Positions 53,443-64,000 of a stretch of 64,000 nt of DNA are shown piece after piece. This stretch comes from Octopus sinensis. Taxonomy: Eukaryota. A program made the translations under genes and the position numbers. The first letter of the stretch is position 1; every line of letters starts with the position of its first letter. The stretch spans positions 33,666,001-33,730,000 of the forward strand of contig NC_043003.1 in assembly GCF_006345805.1 (NCBI RefSeq), read 5' to 3'. The notes under the pieces are model-generated. The model was not told the DNA's origin, searched no databases, and saw only the letters and a list, made by a program, of their open reading frames with translations.

Positions 53443-53575
53443 ATAATATTAGTGATCCAACAGCGTTAGTTATGTTCACAATAATATTAGAGATCCAACA
53501 GAGTTAGTTGTGTTCGCTATAATGTTAGCAATCGAACATAGTTATATTCTCTATAATCTTAACGATCCAACATAA
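53443..53575. repeat. 38-bp minisatellite, about 3.5 units (ataatattag.gatccaacag.gttagtt.tgttc)
   Basis: Direct reading. Confidence 0.8.
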
Positions 53576-53994
53576 TCATTCAATCGACTAATAATTACAA
53601 TGTCATCTTCATCATATAAGTATATATAGACGGGAGCAGATAATAATTATATCACAGAAATCGAATTTGTATCAGTGTATATGAAATGATGAAGTGACAC
53701 ACATATTTGAGGCAACGTTGTCTTATATTGAATATAGATATACTATGGCGGATATGTAAGACATTCACAAGAGAAAGTGAAGTGAATATATGAAGTGAGC
53801 TCAAACCTTAAGAATTTATCTACGAATAAGAGGTCTGGTTCAATTGATAGTACTACGTTTCAATGAAACCACCAACACGTCTTACAACGGAATGACATTG
53901 TCAATACCGGCACTATTCTTGCAACAAACACCATCAACAGTTTCAACACCATTAATACCGCAATTACCAGCAACCTCATCGGTGCTACCACTGC

Positions 53995-54372
53995 TGCTGT
54001 TGCTGTTGAGCGAACGGTCTTCGTCCCAGAGCTCGCAAGATGGGAGAAGTCTGAAAATGGTCCTTTGCTATTCGTAAGACCCACAGAAGAGAAAGCGGGT
54101 CAAACCCCAACACCGAGAGCTGCGACGGATGGATGAATGCGCATCCAGGCTCAGCGGTTGCGTAGGAAGTCGGGGACAAGAAACAGGAAGAAAGAGAGAG
54201 AGAAAGTTGGGGCGAAAGCGTACAACAGAGGTCGCTACCACCCCGTACCGGAGCCTCGTAGAGCTTTAGGTGTTTTCGCTCAATAAACACACATAACGCC
54301 CGATCTGGGAATCGAAACCGCGATCCTCCGACCGCGAGTCCGCTGCCCTAACCACTGGGCCATTGCGCCTCC
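53995..54372 (-). mobile_element. SINE family C, tail type 2, ending in (CAA/CAG)n
   Basis: Minus-strand head ggaggcgcaatggcccagtggttagggcagcggactcgcggtcggaggatcgcggtttcgattccc has intact A and B boxes. Confidence 0.85.
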
Positions 54373-54429
54373 TTACTGCTGATTACTCCGTACTCCTTAC
54401 TGCTGATTATTGCTACTTAACTATAAAGC

Positions 54430-54860
54430 GGTGGACTAGGAGAATCGTTAGCATGCTGGAAAAATGCATAGCGGCGTTATGTCCGTGTTTATGTTCTGAG
54501 CGCAAATTCCAACGAGGTAGAGTTTGCCTTTCATCATTTCGTGGGCGATAAAGTAAGTACCAGAAATATAATGAGGTCGATGTAATCGACTTCCCCTGCC
54601 CTGAAAAGCTGCTGGCTCTGTACCAAAATTTGAAACCCTTTTTACATATAAGACGACGAGCAGGCAGAATCATTAGCACGTTGGATAAAATGTTAGCGTC
54701 ATTTCGCCCGTCTTTATGTCCTGAGTTCAAATTCCATCGGGATTGACTTTATTTTCGTCCTTTCGTTGATCGATAACGTAAGTAGTAGTTGAACTCTAGG
54801 GATGATCTTACCCTTACCCCTACAAATGTATGCCTGGTGCCAAAATTTGAAACCATTATT
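54430..54860 (+). mobile_element. Two tandem degenerate SINE family A monomers
   Basis: gttctgagcgcaaattcc..ttgcctttcatc and gtcctgagttcaaattcc..gactttattttcgtcctttcg, each followed by a ccaaaatttgaaacc tail. Confidence 0.7.
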
Positions 54861-55239
54861 ACTTAGCAGCTGGGTTCATTTTATCCACCAAAATAGTACC
54901 CAAATTTCGTTAGAATTACACAGAATGAGCTTTAAAACAGAGGGAAATATTGTATAAAGATATGTAAAAGTAGCAACGGTGATTGAAGGGTGATGCTGGG
55001 TATGGATTTAATATTTTTTCCATTGAGTTTATTCGGTCATCGCTGACTTGGGGGCTAAATAATAACACCATAAGCGACAACGCGGCCACCATAACTTTAC
55101 ACACCTCACCAATATCACCTTCACTATACGCGGACATACTCACACACTCGCATAAGCATATATACAACAATAATAATAAGGCTAACCTCGCGAGCACTTT
55201 CATTGTAAAACCATCGCTTCGACACGTGTGGCATAACAC

Positions 55240-56400
55240 GCTATGTTAACTTCAACAGATCTTTCTCAGACATACACTTACCCACAATATACGATACTAC
55301 AACAACCACTTGTCAAACAGTTCCATTTTATTTTTGTCAGGGCACCCTAACAATTATCATCACAATTATAATCATATGTCCATAAAGAAAGCAACAATAT
55401 ATTCATAAAGCAACATCACTTGTACACTTAGTTATGAAAACTCTCATGCTATGCGTTTAATAAAATAAAACAGTTGCTTTCTACACTAACCTAAACACTA
55501 CAGAAAATACATTCAATAAATAATTATAGACACATCTACAAAACATATCTCATAAAACAAAGTATAAAAGACAACTCCTAATTACACTCCGGAAATGCCA
55601 TTCCCATAAACAAAATGTCGCAGAGAACGTGAAACATAATACAAAATAAGTACACAAACTTCAGCATCAAAGAAATAACTAGAAAAAAATTGTCACAAAA
55701 TATCTTGGCACGAATATAACTAAAATAAATAACTAAAATACTGAAACACTATATACAATAATTAGCAACAACACATCACCTACAATGGCCATGCCACAAC
55801 CATGTCAGCATAAGAAACTGAAATATTATACTCACACATAAACAACAAACCAATGTCTTTATCAAATATTTCTAAAAAAAATTTCCACGCTATAACCGCA
55901 CATAGAAAATATATATACTAACCAAAAAATATGTACCCTTCACAAAGATCATGATTTTGATCCCTTCCATCCCGCAACCACCAAAAAAGTAATAAAGAAA
56001 TGTAAAAGCTCAGAAAAATCATTTCCGACCAAAATCACAACGTAAAAATAGGCATAGAATCAGATGGAATCACTGTACTTACATCTTCAAAAAATCTAAA
56101 ACGATTAATGTTTACTACCATTAACTGACACATCGTCTTCTCCAGATCACAACACATAATGAGACCATTACATTCAACCATTACACTTCCCATAAATTGT
56201 ACACCGAAAATATATGATAGATTTAACAATAACGCATGTAATTTTATCTATCATTGACACCAACAAATCTTTAGGACTTACTAAATCCACCATCTCTCTC
56301 CACGCAACACTGGGTAGCATGAAATACAAACAGTTATTGCCCTAATGTTCATAAATATGTCGAATTCACAAAAATGGAAAAAAAAGCTCTTAAACAAAAT
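55240..56400 (+). mobile_element. Strongly A/C-biased tract, possibly a decayed Jockey/I-type LINE RT
   Basis: Very low G on the plus strand; SDGITVLTSS weakly echoes YADDITV. Mostly a compositional inference. Confidence 0.25.
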
Positions 56401-56990
56401 AAATAGATTTCAAATTTAGGCACAGGGTCAGCAGCATCGGGAAAGGGGTTAAGTTTCTTACATCGACCACAGTGGCACTTATTTTGTCAACCCCAAAAGA
56501 TGAAAGGTAAAGCCGACTCCGGCTGAATTTGAACTCAGAAACGTGAAGACGGACAAAATGACGCTAAGCATTTTGCCCGACGTGCTAACGATTCTTTTCT
56601 ATACTAGGCACAATGCCCGAAATTTTGGAGGAGGGGAACAGTCGAGCAGATCGACGCCAATACGCAACTGGTACTTAATTTATCGACCCCGGAAGGATAA
56701 CATGCAAAGTCGACCTCGGCGGTGTTTGAATTCAGTACGTAAAGACAGACGAAATACCTATTTCTTTACTATCCATAAGGAGCTAAACACAGAGAGGACA
56801 AACAAGGAGAGACAAACTGATCAAGTTGATTATATCGACTCCAGTGCGTAACTGCTACTTATTTAATCGACCCCCGAAAAGATGAAAGGCAAAGTCGACC
56901 TCGGCGGAATTTGAACTCAGAACGTAGCGGCAGACGAAATACTGCTAAGCATTTCGCCCGGCGTGCTAACGATTCTGCCAGCTCGCCACC
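56400..56990 (-). mobile_element. SINE family A cluster (monomer 56400-56595 plus composite 56596-56990)
   Basis: Three core copies (gtcgacctcggcgg / gccgactccggctg) and a head ending gccagctcgccacct. Confidence 0.88.
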
Positions 56991-57006
56991 TGACATATTG
57001 ACGCTA

Positions 57007-57288
57007 TCTACTATAATAATACACTTGTGTTTTTCTCCGTCACAACATATGAGTCTACGATTTAAAAAAATATTACCATCAATTTTCCCATTTTTAATGC
57101 ATTTTTAGCATATATAAGGGAAGTAACTCTCTAAAAATTTATTATTAAATCTCAGAACGTAAAAAGCTACAGTAACACCCCCCTTTGTGGTTAGCCATAT
57201 TGAGATGGCTATTATACTTTACATCTTTAAAAATGCTTATATAGTTATTTCCCTTACAAACCCGAGCAACGCCGGGCGATACTGCTAG
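57007..57288 (+). mobile_element. Non-autonomous Helitron-like element
   Basis: A|TC 5' end, CCCG-agcaacgc-CGGG hairpin (57261-57276), CTAG|T 3' end. Confidence 0.65.
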
Positions 57289-58744
57289 TCTACTATAATT
57301 GCAGAGGAAGAGCAACTACTGCATTCTAATGAGGCCATAATGTTTCCGTCCGCTGTAGACGACAAGAGAATTATCAGAGGTAGAAAATACACTCGGTAGT
57401 GGAGTAAAAACTGTGAAGATTGTCACGAGATTCAACAATGCATGTCGGAGGGTTAATATCAGGAAACTGGATCGTTCGATCAAACATTATTGTTCGTCAG
57501 ACTATCTACGCTCTACAGGATTGCACGATAAGAGTTGAACTGGGACTACACAGTTACAATAACGTATCATACGCAAACACATTCACATATCCACACATAC
57601 ACACGCGCACATTCATGCACTCATGAACGCACATGAGCGTATCAACACAAACACTGCGACACCATCACACGCTCTCATAAGACGAGCACGCATATCTACA
57701 GACTCTACACACACCACACACATCTGCACACAAACAGTCGTCTCATGTTTAAACATTCGATAATTTTATTGCAACGCATTGGATCGATTCCAAATCGGAG
57801 TCAGTAGGACAAAAAACGAACAAACAAAAAAACTCACACTATCAATCAACTTCTTCACATACCCCTCTTCCTTTTCTCCCCTCCCTTACTCTGAAACCAA
57901 TATACTCTCAAACCCCCTGCTCCATCAGCGATATCTGCCTTAACCCAAGCACAAATTATTTTCGCTCACAACCCGAAATATCGGCCCTAGTTACAAATCC
58001 CGTGACTACGTTAGTGTCCAATTCATTGTACCACCTCTGACAGTATTCCCAAGTCTTCTATTGAATTAACTTCCTTCATTGTTTCTCTTTCTTTCCTGCT
58101 TTTTTCGCCATTTTTTTTATTATTTATCATTTACTTTCTTTAAATTTCTCATTTTTTTTTACAATGTTACCGTTTTTACTCTTTGTTCATTTATTCATCC
58201 TTTACTCTTTCTTCGCTCCTCTATCTTTATTTTTCTCATTCTAAATTGTTTCGTTGGTCTTAGCACATTTTTTTCCTCCTTCTTAATTGTTTTTTATTCC
58301 CATTCATTCAGCCTTTCCTCTTCTCTTCTGTTTTAATATTTTCATAATTTCTGCTTTATTACTTTTTTAATAAACCTTTTGAGTTGGTCGAATCATTAGA
58401 GCGTCAGTATAATTTTTTTATATTCAGAGTTCAAATCTCACTGAGATCAACTTTGACTTGACTTTCAACTTTCGGGGTCGGTAAAATAAATTAACAGTCA
58501 AGTGCTAGGGTTTCATGTATCGAATAAAGACAGCAAAAAGAATACTGGCATTGCTCTGAAACTAAAAACAATTGTTTATAAGAGTGGGGTATTGATAGCA
58601 TCACCTGAGCATCGTAAACACTAACTTGCGTTATTTATTTCAGCTTTCTCAAGCCCAAACCGATGTCATCTACAAGTAGCCTCCATGCAACTTTGCTAAT
58701 CTTGTGTCTAAATTAGAAATGAAATGCTTTTATCTTTTGTTGCG

Positions 58745-59060
58745 GTTACTTGACTGCAGCCATGGATGAATTTTAGTCGAACAAACCAACCCCAGGATTT
58801 ATTTTTTAAAGCCTAGTGCTTATTCTGTCGGGCTCATTTGCCGAAACGATAACTTACATAGACGTAAACACATAGACACCTGCAGTAGGTGTGTGTGTGT
58901 GGGGGGGGGGCAAACACATACACAAAGACACACACACACACATATATATAATATATAAATATATATTGGATTGGCTTCTTTCAGTTTCCTTCTACCAAGT
59001 CCATTGGAAAGATTTGGTTCGCCCGAGGATATAGTAGAAGACATTCGTAAGGAACTTGGT
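58745..59060 (-). mobile_element. Old SINE family B
   Basis: ttgactgcagccatg tail; ggcttctttcagtttccttctaccaagtcc..cccgaggatatagtagaagaca body. Confidence 0.75.
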
Positions 59061-59879
59061 TTGAAAAGCAGCATTCTTTTCTTTCTTTTACATTTTCGGT
59101 GTCATTGCATCAGTGAAACATACGTATATCCATACATATACTCACTCGCACGAAAACACAGTCATACTCGCGCACATATATAGACACAAACACACACACA
59201 CACATAACTTGTGGTTGTTATTTTAGACAAATGCACAAAGCACAAAATTGCAGGGCAGTAGAATTGAAATCGGAACCATGTGATTGCGAAACGAATTTCT
59301 TAACTGCACTTCGCTTTCTAATTTTCATTCTCTCTATTTTTTTTATCTTTTACTTCTTTTTATATTTTTTCATATTTTAATTACATCGGTTTTTTTATTT
59401 CTGTCTTTATTTCTTATTTGTTTTTTTCTTAATTTGTTCTTGTGGTCTTTTTAATGTATTTAATTTTTATTTCTTGATTTTTAATTGGATTTATTAATTC
59501 CCCCTTCTTTCATTCCGCGTTACTGCATGCATTTCTTTATTTTACAATTTTCGCTATTTCTGTTTTTTTTTTCCTTTTTTGTCATTTCAAAAATTCATTC
59601 CATCACTTTTTTTCCATTCCTGTAATTTGCCGAATCTTTCTTCATTACCGTTTTTGTTTACTTCAATTTTGTTCTTTTTCGCCCGTTCTTTCCTCATTGA
59701 ATCTTTTTTTTTATCCATCTCAATAATTTCTGTTCTTTTCTGGTTTGGTATAACAGATAAAGCGTTCGATAGTATATTGTTGCGTTAACTTAACTTACGT
59801 CCTATTTTCAAAATTTGCCAACGTCTCGTTTCATTTGCTTTATCGTCAGATTAAGAAAGTTCTATCAAATACTTATTTA

Positions 59880-60190
59880 TAATTTAGGCTCAAAGTCGGC
59901 AAATTTTAGAGGCGTAATGCTTTCATCGATTTCATCGACCCAAGTACTTGACCCATAGTTATTTTCATATATTATTTTATCGACTCTGAAGTGTTGAGTG
60001 ATGACGTTGACATCGGTGGTATTTAAAGGCAAAGTCCGCCGAGGTCGACTTTGCCTTTCATCCTTTCGGGGTCGATTAAATAAGTACCAGTTACGCACTG
60101 AGGTCGATATAATCAACTTAATCCGTTTGTCTGTCCTTGTTTGTCCCCTCTGTGTTTGGCTCCTTGTGGCTAGTAAAGAAATAGGTATTT
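59880..60190. mobile_element. Two headless SINE family A halves joined back-to-back
   Basis: A diverged minus-strand half (59880-60036) meets a well-preserved plus-strand half (60037-60190). Confidence 0.75.
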
Positions 60191-60699
60191 AAACTCAGAA
60201 GTTAAAATGTCGAAACAAATCCGCTGAATATTGTATCCGATGATAAATATATCCGTTGTTTAACTATTTCAGTCGATCTAATTGAGTTCAACCTCCCTCA
60301 AATTTGAATATTATTTTCAATTTTTCTTATTGTTGTTCTACATATTTGCTCATTCTGAGCCTGTTCTAGGTACATATATTATTTGCTATGAGAAGAAATT
60401 GCTAACCTGCTAAACTGTCGTTTGTCCTACCTCCATTTTCTAGGAAAGTGACGCCGAGTTTATTCTTCCACAAAGTTTCTGTTGAAGATTGAACAATACC
60501 AAGCAATTTCTGAAAAAGCTAGCTTCAGTTTTTTTTACACTAAGTAATCAGCTACGTAAAAATGGAAGTAAATATTGGTTTTGGCGAATTTGAACACGGA
60601 ATGCAGGGAGCCAGAAAACGACTGCGAAACATAATTTTCAATGTCCGGTGAGACGCATATGTGCCATTGATAGCACTCAAAGTTTCTTATTGATGCCAA

Positions 60700-60880
60700 T
60701 AATATTTCTCTATTCCTATTAAATGTATTTTTTTCACTTCTGTTAAACGTATTCCTTAATTTCTGTCAAATGTATTTCTATATTCCAATAAAATATATTC
60801 CTTTATTCTTGGGGAAAATATTTCTTTATTCCTATCAAATGTATTCCTTTACTCTTGTCAAATATATTCCTTTATTCCTT
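60700..60880. repeat. ~23-bp degenerate minisatellite (aaatrtattcctttattcytrtc-like)
   Basis: About 7-8 units read directly. Confidence 0.7.
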
Positions 60881-61782
60881 ATTTTCTTTCACCACTCTTC
60901 AATTTTGCTGTTTCCGTTGTGTATTTATTTGCCATTCGTTTTGTTTTCTTTTTCATTCTCTTTTTAATTTTCCAGTCTATTTATTCATAGCTTTTCCTGC
61001 GGTTCAGTTTTTCTTCATTATTCTATTACTTCATATTTTTTCTTTATTCCTTTGTTTCGTATTCTGTGGCTTCATTCATTTTTTGCATCTTTCATTTCAT
61101 TCATTTTCCCCTGTATATAGCACCTGACTTCACACCTTAGTTTCCGATGTCCTCACTAAAACGCCATCATACGTTAAATCTCATTCACGGTGAAGACAAT
61201 CAAAAATATCATGCTAATAAAGAGGAACCAGATGGAAGCAAATTTTCAGAGGGAATTCCTGCTGAATATAAAATTTACTTGTTCGTCGAGAAAGACTTCG
61301 GTTTTAATCATAACCCTCTTCAGACTGGACATTTATTTAACTTTTGATCTGCTTCAGTTGAAGAAACTGCTTAGTGGGTTTTTGACTTATTGCTTTGTTT
61401 ATCTTACTTATAACGTTATATTTTTTGTTTTCAAATCCGCCCCGAATCAGTTTTGATATTCGATCTTCTGAAGGTGATAACTCTTGTTCTATTGAACTCC
61501 ACATAACCGAATGTTCCTTTCTATCTGAAGAAGTGGATGAGGTTGATAACCCATCGATGTATAGCAATCGATCTAATCAGTATTGGTGTTAAGATAAAAG
61601 AACAGTAATAATGATGTGAATTGATCAACTGATCATACAGGACGTATTTCACATGCTGGTTGGTTTTTCGATTTTAAACACCGCTTTGGGGACTTTTTCT
61701 TCTTATTAGTCGAATAATGTCAGCTGAATACAAATTTTCCGCTCGCAATATTATATATGTATATATATATATATATATATAA

Positions 61783-61813
<31 letters not shown>

Positions 61814-62969
61814 AGTGTGTGTGTATTACTGGTAATACAATCGTAAGTATACTAAAGTGTGATGGTCAGGCTAAGATACATTTGATTGTGTGTATAATGG
61901 ATCATGGTTCACCTGGCTGTTGCACCACAACAACAATATCAGAAGCAGCAAGAGAGGAAAATAAAAGAACAGCTAATATCCCCCTACGATTTCAGTCTTA
62001 TGCGGATCTTATTATAAGTGAAAGTTTGTTGGAAGTGACAGAGGGGCAAAGAAATTATCACTTTTAAGATCGTTTACAAACTTATCAAATGCCTTGGTGA
62101 CAACTAAAGAATTGTAGGAAGCAAAATTGATTTAATTATTTCGTTAATAAAGCAAAAGCGACTAACTAGCAGCATTGTTAGAATTCTGACAAAATGCTTT
62201 GTGAATTTTCTTCGGTTTATTTGCGCTCAAGGCTCGAATTCTACAAGATCAACTTTCCCTTTCATTCTTCTGCGTCAATAAAATAAGTACAATCCAAAAG
62301 TAGGGCCGATGTAATCAACTAACCTACTGTCCCCTTAATATATTGCCTTATACAAAGATTTGAAACAATTTTGTCGTTGATAAAGCTGAAGAGGTGTACC
62401 GAAACTTTTCCTTAAATTTTCCTAGAAATTGCTTTTTGTCAGATTCATTAATCTGATATCGTATAAGAAAAAGAAATATTAGATAATTTGCTTCTGTAAT
62501 TGCTCCTCCAGAAACGAAAATGATTTGGATAAGGGTGGAATTTCATTTCAACTTAAGATCCTGGATAAAAAAAAATATCATGGACCTAATCCACCACAGA
62601 ATGCCTCCCATTAGCACTATAACGGCTAAGTAATATAGTGGAGTAGATTCCATTACAACATTCTTCTTTTACGAATAGTTAGTTTGTACTCTAAGAGCAA
62701 AAATCGTAATCTATTTTATCGAATTGATTACTCTGTCTAAGTGAACATATGGAAAACAAAGGTTTTCTATGCTGCCAAAAAAAATGAAAATAAACATTTA
62801 AGAATTGAGAGTAAAAATATTGTCCTCTTGATGTATTGAAAAAAATTTGTAAACTTGGAACCATACCAGAATTAGCTGAATAAACGAAAAGATAAATGAA
62901 TTTTTCAATTTTTCTGTATGAGCACGCGTGCGCGCGCACACACACACGGTTGCATACATACACTCACAC

Positions 62970-63310
62970 ACACAAACATAGACATACACACACACACACA
63001 TATATATATATTCGTTTCATCTGTTTATACTTCAGTCATTACATCAATTCAGTGTACTTCCTGGAGAGATTATATTTTTATGTTTTATACTTATCTTCAA
63101 TTCTCCCGCCTAATATTAGCGTAATTGACATGAAAATTAAGCGTGTGTATGTGAGTCTGGCTCTCTCCCCATCTCTCTCGATATATACATATATATATAC
63201 ATATATATATATGTATGTATATGTATATATATACATATATATATGTATATATATATATGTATATATACATATATATGTATATATACATATATATATGTAT
63301 ATATATATGC

Positions 63311-63386
<76 letters not shown>

Positions 63387-63400
63387 ACACATATATATTC
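62970..63400. repeat. (CA)n and long (TA)n/(TATG)n field
   Basis: Direct reading. Confidence 0.93.
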
Positions 63401-64000
63401 ATAAATCATGCTGTCGCCAGTATATATGACATTACTTATTGATTGCTTTGTTTGTTCTTTCCTTTATGTATCTATAGCTTATATCTTTATATAACGTATT
63501 TAACTTGCATTCTAGAACACAGAATTTTCTTTTCTTTTGTTCTTATTAGTGAAACGACTTTCCTATTTCTGTATTTAAATCTGATACAGGTTCTATATGT
63601 TTGGTTTTATATTTAGATTAATTGTTTTAGCTGTCAATTGTTTGATTATATGATATATCTACCTAAAACTATTTAGACGTCCTCATCTCTCTGACATTTA
63701 ATTGGTACATAACAGTACTATTACGTACACACACAGACACATGCACACGCACATACACGAATTTATCTTTCTCTCTTCATATATATATATGCATATATGT
63801 ATATATCTCTCTATATATATTCCCTCAAATATTAATAATTATATATATATATATATATATATATGTGTATGTACCACACTTTTTCCAAGTGTCCTGAGGA
63901 AGTGGTCTTCACCCCGAAATATAGAAATACAAGGTAAAACTGCAACTTTGTTCCATTTTCATTTTGTAGTTTAATTTGTACCTTCTCGCATTTTTCGGTC

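Noticed and set aside
54290-54372. tRNA gene (intact A/B boxes, Arg-like TCG)
   Set aside because: It continues into a SINE body and has no proper acceptor stem or terminator. The same applies to the other SINE heads.
55240-56400. Mitochondrial insertion (NUMT) suggested by A/C strand skew
   Set aside because: No mitochondrial protein, tRNA or rRNA motif is recognisable in any frame.
53443-60880. CRISPR-like arrays (38-bp and 23-bp repeats)
   Set aside because: Contiguous degenerate units without unique spacers, no cas genes, and a eukaryotic context.
62386-62410. CTGAAGA-GGT-gt-ACC-GAAAC motif
   Set aside because: No stem III or NUH context and at most a 3-bp stem I; likely chance or a very decayed relic.

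Overview
AT-rich eukaryotic DNA (roughly one-third GC by eye), dense in microsatellites and saturated with decayed mobile elements. The tRNA-derived SINE families and repeat landscape point to a cephalopod, most likely Octopus (inference). There is no long intact ORF, and almost all ORFs in the supplied track are (TA)n/(CA)n artefacts or transposon remnants. Recognisable elements: four mariner fragments, three CR1/L2-type LINE pieces, L1/Tx1-type LINE pieces, an RTE RT piece, several RLE-type (R4/Dong-like) non-LTR remnants, a 1.65-kb Penelope-like element (RT + GIY-YIG), about 20 SINE copies and a non-autonomous Helitron. The most notable unexplained structure is a set of short Penelope-type terminal-repeat (pLTR) inserts in or beside (TA)n tracts. 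Several carry hammerhead-ribozyme motifs and three have a fold-back (inverted) copy of their own end. The best case (50947-51616) has an intact type I hammerhead core with an unusually long branched stem II, half of which is complementary to a 172-bp inverted arm. Five long inverted repeats occur between 23 and 52 kb. A speculative, phase-compatible chain of small plus-strand exons (1736, 4388, 10393, 28610) suggests the window may be mostly intron of a host gene that I cannot identify.
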